This document shows, piece after piece, positions 10,674-21,419 of a stretch of 64,000 nt of DNA. The stretch's first letter is position 1; every line of letters begins with the position of its first letter. Origin of the DNA: Leptolyngbyaceae cyanobacterium (GTDB lineage Bacteria; Cyanobacteriota; Cyanobacteriia; Phormidesmidales; Phormidesmidaceae); NCBI GenBank assembly GCA_965263355.1, contig CBDHHL010000032.1:192001-256000 (forward strand), written 5' to 3'. The position numbers and the translations under genes were made by a program. Below the pieces are notes generated by a model. That model was not told where the DNA came from and ran no database searches. It saw only the letters and a program-made list of their open reading frames with translations.

Positions 10674-11458
10674 GGGTGATGGTCGATGACGTGGGGAATT
10701 AATGAATGGGGTTTTTCTAAATCGTAGGTATTCATTAAGGTGTCGTTACCCATGATCTCTCGGGGGCAACCGTCGGCAACAATTTTGCCCTGGTACATAA
10801 CGAGGGCGCGATCGCAAACCTCCAGCAAGAATTCTAAATCATGGGATGCAATTACCATGGTTTGTTGCAACCCTTTCATAAAGGTAATTAACCGCCGTCG
10901 ACTGCGAATATCAAGACTGGCGGAGGGTTCATCATAGAGGACAATCTGGGGCTTCATGGCCAATAGTCCAGCAATGGCCACCATTTGTTTTTCACCGCCA
11001 GATAGGTGATGGGGAGGACGCTCTGCCAGAGGCTGTAAGCCGGTTAACGCCATCACTGCATCCACACGTTTCTCTACCTGGTGAGGCAACAACCCCATAT
11101 TGGCTGGCCCAAAGCGAATATCGTCGCGTACCGATGCTGAAAATAGCTGGTTATTAGGATTTTGAAACAACAGCCCAATTTGTGGGTTAAACCCACTGGC
11201 AACAACGGGTTTGTCCATCAGTCGGATAGTCCCTGCCGTTGGTATAAGCGCACCACACAGAGTCATAAACAAGGTTGTTTTACCACAGCCATTGTGGCCA
11301 ATAATGCCTACCCGTTCACCAGGGGCAATATGCAAACAAATATTGTCGAGCACCTGTAGCCGATCAGGATAGGAGAAACATAAATGGTCAGTGGCAATCG
11401 CAGCTACCGTCGGTTGAGGGATGGGTGCAATTGTTTTCTTGGGTAGTAGAGATGTCAT
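10670..11458 (-). CDS. cbiO: ECF transporter ATPase, CbiO/NikO
   Basis: GHNGCGKT Walker A, LFQNPNNQLF Q-loop, LSGGEKQ, YDEP. Confidence 0.9.
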   Translation of the reverse strand: MTSLLPKKTIAPIPQPTVAAIATDHLCFSYPDRLQVLDNICLHIAPGERVGIIGHNGCGKTTLFMTLCGALIPTAGTIRLMDKPVVASGFNPQIGLLFQNPNNQLFSASVRDDIRFGPANMGLLPHQVEKRVDAVMALTGLQPLAERPPHHLSGGEKQMVAIAGLLAMKPQIVLYDEPSASLDIRSRRRLITFMKGLQQTMVIASHDLEFLLEVCDRALVMYQGKIVADGCPREIMGNDTLMNTYDLEKPHSLIPHVIDHHP

Positions 11459-11517
11459 AGATACTACTCAGAGAGTGAATTAAGGGTGGATAGGAGAGAA
11501 TTGATAATGATTGATTG

Positions 11518-12285
11518 TTAATTGTTAATTGTCTGTAGACCGATTAAAGCCAGGGCAATGGCAGCGCATATACCCATGGCGGCTATGTCTGTGGGTTGCC
11601 CCCATCCCCTAAGTTTGGGTGATTGGTGGTAATGATTGCCATAACCCCGTAGTCGCATGGCTTTGTACACACGTTCTGATTGTTCATAGCTGCGCACGAG
11701 GAGGGTGCCCGTGACGGCAGCAAGTTGTTGCCAACTTTGGCGGTTTCCTTTGGGTTGAAACCCTCGCAATCGCATGGCCTGAAGCAGATGGGCTAGCTGC
11801 TCGGCAATGTCAAACAGGTAACGATAGGCAAGCAGGGTCATTTCTGCCATCAATGGGGGGAGACCCAGGGAGACTAACGTATCGATTAGGGTAAGCAGCG
11901 GTGTAGTACCGAGTAACACCATACCCAGGGTAACAATGGAGAGAAATCTTCCTGCAATTAGCCCCATGGCCAACAGTCCTTCCTGGCGAATGGCAATGGC
12001 TCCCCATTGCCAGAGAACGGTGCTGCCCGATAACAACGGTAAGGCAATCACCATACCGAGCAGAAATAGGCCAGGGTAGCGTAGGCGCGATCGCAAAAAC
12101 GACCAGGGCAACCCTGATAGTCCATATAGCACCGCCGTTACCAGCAAACAAACCGGCACTAGCTGAATTTGTTGGACACTGGCAAACCCCAGCATAATTA
12201 CCCCTAACCCGACTAGCTTGGCCCTGGGCCACCAGCGATGGAGAGGGGACTGCAGTGCCGTATAAGTATCAAGGGTTAATCGCAT
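11518..12285 (-). CDS. cbiQ: ECF transporter T component, CbiQ/NikQ
   Basis: SPLHRW.PRAKL, YRYLF, AMRLRGF and AMRLRGY motifs. Confidence 0.9.
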   Translation of the reverse strand: MRLTLDTYTALQSPLHRWWPRAKLVGLGVIMLGFASVQQIQLVPVCLLVTAVLYGLSGLPWSFLRSRLRYPGLFLLGMVIALPLLSGSTVLWQWGAIAIRQEGLLAMGLIAGRFLSIVTLGMVLLGTTPLLTLIDTLVSLGLPPLMAEMTLLAYRYLFDIAEQLAHLLQAMRLRGFQPKGNRQSWQQLAAVTGTLLVRSYEQSERVYKAMRLRGYGNHYHQSPKLRGWGQPTDIAAMGICAAIALALIGLQTINN

Positions 12286-12983
12286 AGTTGCTCTCCCGTT
12301 GGCCTGACCGGTTGACTCGATCTGACTGGCTTATTCCCTAAGCCGATTAATAATTCCGGTTTTGTACGCTGTAAAAATGTAACCAGCAACGCGGTAAATA
12401 GACCTTCGACGAGCACTAATGGACCATGGGCTAACCCAAGGGTCAGTAAGGCGATTCGTTCGGTGGCCACGTCAAAGTCTCCAGGAATAGTGAAGAGCAA
12501 CAGGCTAATAAACAGGGTAACGGCCAACGTCATGCCGATGGCTCCCGCTAAAAAACCGCTGACTCCAAAGCGAATTGACGGTTTGAGAGTCTGAGGTAGC
12601 CAGCGACGTAATTGAAAAATACCATGACCCACCAGAGCTGGAACGCCGATGATGACGGCATTAATTCCTAAGGTGGAGAAGCCTCCATGACCTAAAAATA
12701 AGGCCTGAAAAAACAGGCCAATCAAAATTGCTAAAAAGGCGTAATACCCTAGAACAGCTCCCATTAGTCCGCTTAATACCAGATGTAAACTCATGGGGGG
12801 GAGTGGAATCTGGATCGAGGAGGCAACAAAGAATGCCGCGCTCAGCAACGCTGCTTTGGGCATGTGGGTCGCTGGATCGGAATGGCGATTAATTTGTCGT
12901 AGACAGTGCCAGGTAACGACTCCGCTAAGACCATATCCAACGATACAAAGTTGGGGTGGCACAAAACCATCTGGAATATGCAC
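12276..12983 (-). CDS. cbiM: Ni/Co ECF S component, CbiM/NikM
   Basis: N-terminal MHIPDGF metal-binding motif, FQALFLGHGG. Confidence 0.92.
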   Translation of the reverse strand: MHIPDGFVPPQLCIVGYGLSGVVTWHCLRQINRHSDPATHMPKAALLSAAFFVASSIQIPLPPMSLHLVLSGLMGAVLGYYAFLAILIGLFFQALFLGHGGFSTLGINAVIIGVPALVGHGIFQLRRWLPQTLKPSIRFGVSGFLAGAIGMTLAVTLFISLLLFTIPGDFDVATERIALLTLGLAHGPLVLVEGLFTALLVTFLQRTKPELLIGLGNKPVRSSQPVRPTGEQLCD

Positions 12984-13489
12984 TAGGAGTTTTTACCTCG
13001 CGAAAAAAATAAAACTGTTCCGATTAGTCCCCAGAGACCGGCACCAGCACTGGCCCAACGCTGGAAGGGGTTGGCTAAGGGTTCTGATGAAGACACAATT
13101 GCAGCGGTTGTTTTAGCTACAGTTTGTGAGTTGGCTGTGGTTGCCACTGGCACACTTACGGTTGTGCCATGACCTGCCTGACGAATAACGACGTCCCAAT
13201 TACCTGGGGTGTCGGGATTAAAGTCAAATTTTCCTTGATTATCGGTTTGTCCCGTTATCCAGGGTTGATCAGGATTATTAGGACTGTAGACCGCCACTTG
13301 GGCGGCGGCCATGGACTGCCCCGATGAATAGTTGGCTTCAACGGAAAACGTCTGGGTGACGGTTGCGATCGCACCATGACTCCAGCCAGGCTGACTCCAC
13401 AACAGCATCAATCCTAACGCATTCAGAACTGGACTCAACCCTTGCAAACGGGTCGACCTGCTCGCATATTCCCCAGTCAGGGCAACCAT
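12983..13489 (-). CDS. NikL/CbiL-like accessory protein (signal peptide, carboxypeptidase-regulatory-like domain, C-terminal TM)
   Basis: WSHG after a signal segment, GQTDNQGKFDF, QAGHG; translationally coupled to cbiM. Confidence 0.75.
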   Translation of the reverse strand: MVALTGEYASRSTRLQGLSPVLNALGLMLLWSQPGWSHGAIATVTQTFSVEANYSSGQSMAAAQVAVYSPNNPDQPWITGQTDNQGKFDFNPDTPGNWDVVIRQAGHGTTVSVPVATTANSQTVAKTTAAIVSSSEPLANPFQRWASAGAGLWGLIGTVLFFSRGKNS

Positions 13490-13590
13490 AGAGGCACCTT
13501 AGAAAATTTCCCCAATCAGTTAATCGCCTTAGTTCCGTTTGATTCAATGCCCCAGGGGGGGAAATGCTGTGGATAAATCTTTAAAAATAT

Positions 13591-13627
13591 AAAGTCGCCG
13601 CTGCCCAATCAAGGACACCAGCGACTT
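13591..13627 (-). terminator. Probable terminator of ndhD
   Basis: Minus strand AAGTCGC...GCGACTTT followed by ATATTTTT. Confidence 0.5.
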
Positions 13628-13717
13628 CAGCGGAAATTGGAAGACTCAATTAACCCTGAAAAAGGGATAAAGAAGTTAACTGTAGGGTACGAGACGTAGC
13701 TTGAATTTGAAGCACTA

Positions 13718-15322
13718 CTAGCGAATGCTCGTTTCAGGTAGACGACTCGCGAGTAGTTCAGGAGCCGTTAGTACCTGGGCATAGAATGGACCATGGTCCG
13801 CATTTTGGGCCAGTCGAATATTTTGCACCCGATTGGCAAGTTCAGTGCTTTTCACATCGTAGGTTTGGGTGGCCAATTTAGGATAGAGGCCAATGCCGAT
13901 GATGGGCACTAGCAGACAAATTGCCACAAACGCTTCGCGAGGCTTAATGTCCCAGGAAGTGTTGTTGGGTACTTCTAGCTCACCAGGATTACCAAAGAAG
14001 ATACGACGTAGCATCGACAGCAGGTAAATCGGGGACAGAATGATACCAATGGCAGCCAAAATCACAATAATGGCCTTAAAGAACGTGCTGTAGGCATCGC
14101 TGGTGGAGAACCCTAAGAAAACGGCCAGCTCAGCAACAAAACCGCTCATGCCGGGGAGGGCTAGAGATGCCATAGCACCAGCGGTGAACATGCTGAACAC
14201 CACAGGCATGGCCTTACCCATACCACCCATTTTGTCCATTGCTAGGGTGTGGGTGCGCTCATAGGCAACACCAGACAAGAAGAACAACACCGCTGCAATC
14301 AGACCGTGGGAGATCATCTGCAGTAAAGCACCGCTGAGACCCAGGGTAGTGAATGCAGCTAAACCAATTAGGACAAATCCCATGTGAGCCACAGACGAAT
14401 AGGCCATGCGACGTTTGAGGTTATCCTGACCAAAGGCAGCTAACGAGGCGTACACGATATTAATAACACCGAGAACTGCCAGGATCGGTGCAAAGTACAC
14501 ATGGGCATCGGGGAGCATTTCGATGTTCATGCGAATTAGACCGTAGCCTGCCATCTTCAGCAGAACACCTGCCAGAATCATCGACACAGGAGCGGGTGCT
14601 TCACTGTGGGCATCGGGTAACCAGGTATGAAATGGAAATATCGGCAGCTTCACACCAAAGGCAATCAGGAAGCCGGTGTAGGTGAACAGCTGCATCGGTA
14701 ATGAATAATCCTTAGCGGCCAGTTCGCTAAAGTTGAAGGTGAGGGTATCACCGTAGAAGGCCATGGCCAATGCTGCCAGCAAAATAAAGATGGAACCGAT
14801 GGCCGTGTAAAGGATAAATTTAGTCGCCGCATAGAGGCGCTTTTGACCACCCCAGATGGAAATCAGCAAATAGACCGGCACCAGTTCTAGTTCCCACATG
14901 ATGAAGAACATCAGCATGTCTTGAGCTAGAAAAACACCGACCTGAGCGCTGTACATCAACAGCAGCAGTGAGAAATAGAGGCGAGGCTTCATGGTGATAT
15001 TCCAGGAAGCAACCACAGCCAGGGTAGTGACCAAACCACTCAAAATCACCAGCGGCATTGATAAACCGTCAGCTGCCAGTGACCACTCAAGACCAATTTG
15101 GGGCACCCAAGCAAAGTTATCAACTAGCTGCAAGCCGGTTTGATTGAGGTCGTAATAATTAGCAAACGTATAAAGAATTAGACTAAGTTCTGCTAAGCAA
15201 GCGCCAAGGGTATACCAGCGGATAGATTTGCCTTCGCTATCAGGGAGCAAAGGAATGGGAATAGCCGCCAGCAGAGGGAATATTACCAGCGCTGTTAGCC
15301 ACGGAAAGTGTTCAACAATCAT
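13718..15322 (-). CDS. ndhD: NAD(P)H-quinone oxidoreductase subunit 4, NdhD2-like
   Basis: [49 protein letters not shown]. Confidence 0.95.
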   Translation of the reverse strand: MIVEHFPWLTALVIFPLLAAIPIPLLPDSEGKSIRWYTLGACLAELSLILYTFANYYDLNQTGLQLVDNFAWVPQIGLEWSLAADGLSMPLVILSGLVTTLAVVASWNITMKPRLYFSLLLLMYSAQVGVFLAQDMLMFFIMWELELVPVYLLISIWGGQKRLYAATKFILYTAIGSIFILLAALAMAFYGDTLTFNFSELAAKDYSLPMQLFTYTGFLIAFGVKLPIFPFHTWLPDAHSEAPAPVSMILAGVLLKMAGYGLIRMNIEMLPDAHVYFAPILAVLGVINIVYASLAAFGQDNLKRRMAYSSVAHMGFVLIGLAAFTTLGLSGALLQMISHGLIAAVLFFLSGVAYERTHTLAMDKMGGMGKAMPVVFSMFTAGAMASLALPGMSGFVAELAVFLGFSTSDAYSTFFKAIIVILAAIGIILSPIYLLSMLRRIFFGNPGELEVPNNTSWDIKPREAFVAICLLVPIIGIGLYPKLATQTYDVKSTELANRVQNIRLAQNADHGPFYAQVLTAPELLASRLPETSIR

Positions 15323-15783
15323 GCCAACTCATGCGTACAACTCGTAGAGGCGCGGTTTGCCGAGAGGCAGTTGGTCTAGCTTGAAGCGAAAAAGCTTGTT
15401 CTCAGCAACGTACCCTATCAGGGAACTACTGTTTTCGCGGCGGCCTTAGTCAAGGAGGTCGGAGGAATTCAGGAGCACGGTGCTCTTAAAAAAACTAGGC
15501 TAACTAACCGGACGGCAATCAGGTAAAAATACCTATTGAATTACGCCCAATCACAGTATATGTAATTTGATTAACTTTTGATAAGGTCAAAGCGCCTAAA
15601 AATCTATTTGTTTTTCTTAATTACCCTCATATATAAAGCTCTTGGGAAGATGTCGGAAAATCACACATAGAAAACTGTTATGAAGGTAATTAATCTCATT
15701 TATGTAAATCTATGTGTATAAAAATACAATCGAATAATATTATGGCCAAGAGGATTAGGTTACAGCGTTTGTAGTGAAGCGAT

Positions 15784-16698
15784 TTAGCTGATTAATTGGC
15801 TTTGGGTTCCCCGGTCGTCAATGGCAAGTTGAAGGACTGTGTAGGGAATGTTGGCAGTTTCCCAAGGTTTGCCGATGGCTTCACAGATATTAGGGGCTGT
15901 TTTTTCGTTAGCTAAGACGCATAAAGTCGGCCCTGCACCGCTGATGACTAATCCCCAGGCTCCTGCTTTTAGGGCAGCGGCATGGATATCGTCGTAATTG
16001 GGAATTAGAGTTTTACGGTAGGGCTGGTGGATGCGATCGCACAAAGCCCTCATCAACCATTCACCATTACCACTGGCCAGGGCCTGGGTCAGCAATGCCA
16101 GATGAGCCGTATTAAAAATGGCATCGTTTCGGCTATAGCTATCGGGCAAAACCTGACGAGCAGCAGACGTGGCCAGTTCAAAGTCAGGAATAATCACAAT
16201 CGGGATAATGGACCCATGCCAGGGGATTTGGCAGAGAGTGAGGCCATCTTTGTCGCCATGGACAGCTAGACGGCAGCCCCCTAGCAGGGCAGGGACGACA
16301 TTATCTGGGTGTCCCTCTATGTCAGTAGCGAGAGCAGCAATTTCGCCTTGGCTGAGAGGATTATCGGCTAATAGGTTGGCCCCGACGAGGCCACCGACGA
16401 TGGCGGTAGAGGAACTGCCCAGACCACGGGATAGGGGGACGTGGAGGTCAATGTCAATGTGGACTGGCGGGGCAGGTTTATTCAGGTGGGCATAAAATGC
16501 TTCGTAGGCTTGATAAACCAGATTGTCAGATCCAGTACTCAAGCGGTCAGACTCTTTGCCCGTAATAGCAATGGTTAAGGCATCGGCAGGAGTGAATTTG
16601 AAGTAATTGTAGAGGGTGAGGGCTGCACCAAGGCAGTCGAAGCCGGGACCGATGTTAGCAGTAGTTGCAGGCACTGTGACTTGGGCAATGTGAGGCAT
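15784..16698 (-). CDS. thrB: Homoserine kinase
   Basis: VPATTANIGPGFDCLG, PLSRGLGSSS, EGHPDNV, ISGAGPT. Confidence 0.97.
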   Translation of the reverse strand: MPHIAQVTVPATTANIGPGFDCLGAALTLYNYFKFTPADALTIAITGKESDRLSTGSDNLVYQAYEAFYAHLNKPAPPVHIDIDLHVPLSRGLGSSSTAIVGGLVGANLLADNPLSQGEIAALATDIEGHPDNVVPALLGGCRLAVHGDKDGLTLCQIPWHGSIIPIVIIPDFELATSAARQVLPDSYSRNDAIFNTAHLALLTQALASGNGEWLMRALCDRIHQPYRKTLIPNYDDIHAAALKAGAWGLVISGAGPTLCVLANEKTAPNICEAIGKPWETANIPYTVLQLAIDDRGTQSQLIS

Positions 16699-16880
16699 TA
16701 TTTATTGCTGAGGTTTCTGTTCATACTGGTACTCAAGGTCTCCCTGAGTACTCCCCTGAGCCTCCGACTCCTGAAATCGGGGTCCAAGCAATCAGTATTT
16801 CAGATCAGCAGCCTCCCTGGCTATTACTTACTGATCCCGCAAACAGTCCTACCTAACTGCTGAGGGAGAGGGGGAAACGA

Positions 16881-17579
16881 TTACCAAACCCTAGGTTCAA
16901 ACGCTTCATCATTATCAATTTGCACTGCATCTCCCGATTGCCGAATCACAAATAGCCCTTGCTTATAGGCATAGCGATCAGCACCCTTATCAATTTCGAT
17001 ACCCGCCACCGCTCCATAGATGTGGTAGTCCCGATACACCGGAAACGCCACCTTAAACTGCTGTAACGTCTGAATAAAATCGCTGACCGCTGTTTGAGTC
17101 AGGCGAGATTTTACCTCTACTGCCACTGCCTCCGTGTCATCCACCGCAAAGACATCTATTTCCATAGCAATAGCACCACGCTTTGCTTTCATCCGAGAAT
17201 GGACTTCCTTAACGTCGATCCCCTTCGCCTGAAACATCTGGACAACACCAGGGGCCACCAAGTTTTCAACAAATTGCCCCCAACGGCTAGTTAAACTACT
17301 GACTGCTCGGTTGGCTTGAGCTGCAATTTCCTCGGCTCTGGCCAATCTTGCCTCTGCTTCTGCCGCCCGTTGCTCGTCCACTGCTTTAGACTCAGCCATT
17401 CGTCGATCAAATTCGGCTCTTGACTCCGCCAGCTCTCGCTCAAATCGGGCACTCGCGTCTGCGGCCCGTCGATCCGCGTCTGCGGCCCGTCGATCCGCTT
17501 CTGCAAATCGCCGATCTGCTTCTGCTTGAGAGCGTTGAAAAAGCTTATAGATGTCTGCAATCGTAACTGGATCAGTCAT
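16881..17579 (-). CDS. DUF3782-like coiled-coil plus PD-(D/E)XK-fold protein
   Basis: WGQFVENLV, MEIDVFA, VEVKSRL, YAYKQGLFVI; 21-bp tandem repeat 17454-17495 in the coil. Confidence 0.8.
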   Translation of the reverse strand: MTDPVTIADIYKLFQRSQAEADRRFAEADRRAADADRRAADASARFERELAESRAEFDRRMAESKAVDEQRAAEAEARLARAEEIAAQANRAVSSLTSRWGQFVENLVAPGVVQMFQAKGIDVKEVHSRMKAKRGAIAMEIDVFAVDDTEAVAVEVKSRLTQTAVSDFIQTLQQFKVAFPVYRDYHIYGAVAGIEIDKGADRYAYKQGLFVIRQSGDAVQIDNDEAFEPRVW

Positions 17580-17690
17580 TGATGGAACACATGTTCTTGT
17601 TGGTTAGTTCCATTATACAAATAGGTAAGGGCTCCCTTATGGGAACCCCCAATCTCAAAACCATCAATCCCAAAACCATCACCCAGGCAA

Positions 17691-19490
17691 TTAAAAATAC
17701 CCGTGGCTATCCAACACTGCCTTCAACCGAGCCATCACATCCGGCACTGAAATCGCACCCAGATCCCCCTCCTGCCGTGTCCGAATGCTCAGATTATTGT
17801 CCTCAACTTCTTTAGCACCAATCACGGCCATTACAGGAATTTTCGCCTTTTCAGAATTGCGCACCATCTTGCCCAGGCGCTCACCGCTGCGGTCAACTAC
17901 CACACGCACACCCAACTGCTGCATTTGCTCGGCCACCTGCTCAGCAAAGGGTAGCTGCTCCGCAGTCACAGGCATCAGCCGTACCTGCTCGGGGGCAAGC
18001 CAGAGGGGAAAGAGGCCGGCATATTCTTCAATCAAAATGCCGATCAAACGTTCCAACGACCCAAATGGAGCCCGGTGGATCATCACCGGACGCTGACGGG
18101 TACCATCTGCCGCTACATACTCCAAATCAAATCGCTCTGGTAGGTTGTAATCCACCTGGGTAGTTCCCAACTGCCATTCACGCCCCAGGGCATCGGTAAA
18201 TATAAAGTCCAGCTTTGGTCCATAGAAAGCAGCTTCACCAATACCTTCAAAGTGCTCCATACCCAGGGTCTCAACGGCACGGCGAATAGCATTTTGAGAT
18301 TTTTCCCAGACATCATCCGAGCCAATATATTTATCAGAGCTAGGATCGCGGAAGCTCAGACGAGCTTTAAAGTTTTCCAGCTGCAGGCTCTTAAATACAG
18401 CCAAAATCAGATCGACCACCTTGAGAAACTCGTCGTCCAGCTGATCAGGTGTCACGAACAGGTGCGCATCGTCTACAGTAAAGCCGCGCACACGAGTCAG
18501 ACCGCCCAGTTCACCGGACTGCTCATAACGATAGACGGTGCCAAATTCCGCCAGACGCATGGGCAGCTCTTTGTAGGACCGCAGTTCGTCTTTGTAAATC
18601 TGGATATGGAAGGGGCAGTTCATGGGTTTCATTACAAAGCCCATTTCATTGGCTTTGGCCTCTTCTGTTTCCGCCATCATCGGAAACATGTCTTCGCTGT
18701 ACTTTTGCCAGTGGCCAGATGTTTTGAACAGGTCTACCTTGGCAATATGGGGGGTCACCACAGGCAGATAGCCCCGCTTAACCTGTTCCTGTTTCAAAAA
18801 GTCCTCTAAGGTAGAGCGCAGCAGAGTCCCTTTGGGGGTCCACAGGGGCAGCCCCGGACCCACATCCTCAGAAAATAGAAATAGACCCAGCTCTTTACCC
18901 AATTTCCGGTGGTCACGCTTTTTAGCTTCCTCAATCCGGCGTTTGTATTCTTGTAGCTGTTCAGGTGTTTCCCAGGCTGTGCCGTAGATTCGCTGGAGCT
19001 GAGCCTTGGTTTCGTCACCGCGCCAGTAGGCCCCAGCCACACTTTCTAAATCAAACGCTTTAGGGTGTAATTTGCGAGTGCTTTCGACGTGGGGACCGGC
19101 ACAGAGATCCCACCACTGATCGCCCAGGTGATACAGGGTAATGGGTTCTTCGATGCTATCTAAAATTTCCAATTTGTAGGGTTCGCCTAGGGCCTCAATA
19201 CGCTGTTTGGCTTCTTCCCGTGATACTTCTTCCCGTTCGACCGGATAATCCTTTTTGATAATTTTGATCATCTCCTTTTTGATCGTTTTTAGATCCTTGT
19301 CAGAGAACGGTTCGGGATTATCAAAATCGTAGTAAAATCCATATTCGGTCCAGGGGCCAATGGTGACCTGAGCCTTAGGGAATAAGCGCTGCACGGCCAT
19401 TGCCATAACATGGGAGAAGGTGTGACGAATACGCTTAAGGTCGTCAGACTCGTCCGTTTTGGGAAGGTGGATGTTTTCAGACTCAGTCAT
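17691..19490 (-). CDS. thrS: Threonine--tRNA ligase
   Basis: DLCAGPH, GAYWRGD, RDHRKLG, KPMNCPFH, FYGPKLD, IHRAPFGSLER. Confidence 0.98.
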   Translation of the reverse strand: MTESENIHLPKTDESDDLKRIRHTFSHVMAMAVQRLFPKAQVTIGPWTEYGFYYDFDNPEPFSDKDLKTIKKEMIKIIKKDYPVEREEVSREEAKQRIEALGEPYKLEILDSIEEPITLYHLGDQWWDLCAGPHVESTRKLHPKAFDLESVAGAYWRGDETKAQLQRIYGTAWETPEQLQEYKRRIEEAKKRDHRKLGKELGLFLFSEDVGPGLPLWTPKGTLLRSTLEDFLKQEQVKRGYLPVVTPHIAKVDLFKTSGHWQKYSEDMFPMMAETEEAKANEMGFVMKPMNCPFHIQIYKDELRSYKELPMRLAEFGTVYRYEQSGELGGLTRVRGFTVDDAHLFVTPDQLDDEFLKVVDLILAVFKSLQLENFKARLSFRDPSSDKYIGSDDVWEKSQNAIRRAVETLGMEHFEGIGEAAFYGPKLDFIFTDALGREWQLGTTQVDYNLPERFDLEYVAADGTRQRPVMIHRAPFGSLERLIGILIEEYAGLFPLWLAPEQVRLMPVTAEQLPFAEQVAEQMQQLGVRVVVDRSGERLGKMVRNSEKAKIPVMAVIGAKEVEDNNLSIRTRQEGDLGAISVPDVMARLKAVLDSHGYF

Positions 19491-19922
19491 GGGAACTGCC
19501 AAGGAAAATATATGTGCTCGCCTACTCTGTATAATCTGTATTGCGATATTAGCGGGAACCGCCGCATATTAGCTTAGACAGGCGCTATAGCTTTGGCAAT
19601 ATCTGATGATTCAAATTCAGTAAACCTGACTGATCGTTATGTAGGTTTATCAAGATATCAGGGTTTACTGCATTGATAGATCCTAATTTGAATTTGAAGT
19701 TCAATTCGTAGCTCCCCATATCGGGAAATGGCTCTATGGTTGATCTGTTATGATGAATCATGCCACGACCTTCTAAAATAATTGTGGTAAACGGAAACCA
19801 ATGTGGTACCTTGTATCATTGTGAAATTCAGCGTTTGTGATAAGAAGCGTTTGCTCCCCAATCGAGGGCCTGAATTTTTGATGTACGGCAAAGTTTTTTC
19901 GGAAAACTAAATCTTTTTGTTT

Positions 19923-20162
19923 ATGGCTAAAACAACAACGGCTGCTCCATTGGTGTTACACCCAATGGCCAAGTTTCAGCGCCAAGTTAAATCCCTTGTA
20001 GAGTCTGAAGTGATTAAACCAACTGACAAGCTCTGGAAAATAGCATTTCTCTTTAGAGATAGCTGGGAGCATTGGAAGCACGAGTTAGAAGAGTTCGAAT
20101 TTTCTATGCAAGACCCGATTAGCGATTTGTTAGCGGTAGAAAGCTGGGAAGAAGAACAATAG
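19923..20162 (+). CDS. DUF4327 family protein
   Basis: HPMAKFQRQVKSLV...WKHELEEFEFSMQDPISDLL. Confidence 0.8.
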   Translation: MAKTTTAAPLVLHPMAKFQRQVKSLVESEVIKPTDKLWKIAFLFRDSWEHWKHELEEFEFSMQDPISDLLAVESWEEEQ

Positions 20163-20201
20163 TCCTTCCTTCGCTGGCGTATGGTTCTATCTTGGTCAAT
20201 C

Positions 20202-21419
20202 TCAGGCAACTACTGTCAAAGATAGCCACAATGCTAGAAATGGCAACAGAAAGAATAATCCAACCACATAAGCAATAGCTGCGATGCGATATTGCTGGGC
20301 GATTTCTGCTAGCTTCTTGGCCATAGCTAAGGGAACTGCCCGCAATTGAGGCAGGCCATAGATCAAGGCGACGGCTAGCAGGTTATAGCTTAAATGCACC
20401 AGGGCTAGCTGTAATGCAGCTGAGCTTTTAACAGCGAATGTGGCGATTAGGGCGGTAATACAGGTACCAATATTGGCCCCTAGCACAAAGGGGTAAATGT
20501 CTTGTAGTGTAACCAGGCCAGCACCTGCCAGGGGGACTGTCAGGCTGGTTGTCATTGAGGATGACTGCAAAAGTGCGGTGATACCAGCACCAGCGGCGAG
20601 GCTTCCTAGACTAGAGCCATGGCCAGTTGCCCAGTAGAGAATGTTTTGGGCTGGGGTGTTTAACCAACGTCGCATTAGCCAACCCAGTACGGTAACGGTG
20701 ACCATTAGCCCACCTACGCTGGTGCCAAATAGTAGCAGCGAATCCCAGGGGCCTGGCAGATGATTTACGCCATAGATCATTAGCCAGCGTGTTGGCTTTA
20801 GTAGCCAATCTAGGGGAGATATAAAAAAGTTGTTGGGAATGATGGGGGAGAGCCCACCACTTTGGCTAGATATCCATTGGCTTAGGTGCTCCAGTGGATG
20901 AAGTAGTAGCTCCAGGGGAAAGAAAATAGTCAGGGCGACTAAATTGAAACAATCATGGATGGTGGCGGCAGCAAATCCGCGCTCAAAGTCTTTGCCATTG
21001 TCGATGTAGCCCAAGCTAACCAAGGTATTGGTAATTGTAGTCCCCAGATTGGCCCCCATGACCATGGGAATGGCGGTAGCGATGGGTAACCCACCAGCCA
21101 CCAGACCCACTAGCAGCGTGGTAACAATGCTGGATGACTGTATTAAGGCAGTGGCTAAAATTCCCAATAGCAATCCCAGCCAGGGGTTGGCTGCCAGGGT
21201 GAGTAATCCTTCTGCGGTGGGACCGAGAATAGACTGAAACCCAACATTCAACAAATCAATAGAAACCAACAGACCATAAATAGCGCATAGAGATCCTCCT
21301 GCATAAAGCCAGGATTGGCTTAAACTAAGGGTCTGAGGCTCTGACGAGCTATTTTCTGCTGGATCCTGTAACTGATCAACAACGGGATTTGAGTCGCTTT
21401 GAGAAGAAGGAGTCACCAT
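20202..21419 (-). CDS. Na/Pi cotransporter family protein (NptA-like)
   Basis: Two QSSS repeats, GANLGTT and GANIGT; start placed at ATG 21419 because the longer ORF runs antisense through nif3. Confidence 0.85.
   Translation of the reverse strand: MVTPSSQSDSNPVVDQLQDPAENSSSEPQTLSLSQSWLYAGGSLCAIYGLLVSIDLLNVGFQSILGPTAEGLLTLAANPWLGLLLGILATALIQSSSIVTTLLVGLVAGGLPIATAIPMVMGANLGTTITNTLVSLGYIDNGKDFERGFAAATIHDCFNLVALTIFFPLELLLHPLEHLSQWISSQSGGLSPIIPNNFFISPLDWLLKPTRWLMIYGVNHLPGPWDSLLLFGTSVGGLMVTVTVLGWLMRRWLNTPAQNILYWATGHGSSLGSLAAGAGITALLQSSSMTTSLTVPLAGAGLVTLQDIYPFVLGANIGTCITALIATFAVKSSAALQLALVHLSYNLLAVALIYGLPQLRAVPLAMAKKLAEIAQQYRIAAIAYVVGLFFLLPFLALWLSLTVVA

Noticed and set aside
13568..13576. Perfect DnaA box TTATCCACA (minus strand)
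   Set aside because: A single copy with no cluster or dnaA/dnaN context
13490..13717. Possible cobalamin riboswitch before the cbiMQO-like operon
   Set aside because: No B12-box or GGGAA/GCCACTG elements seen
15345..15490. AGAGGCGC start resembling a lysine riboswitch near thrB/ndhD
   Set aside because: Wrong strand for the flanking genes, and it lacks the AAAGGG/GCCGAA core
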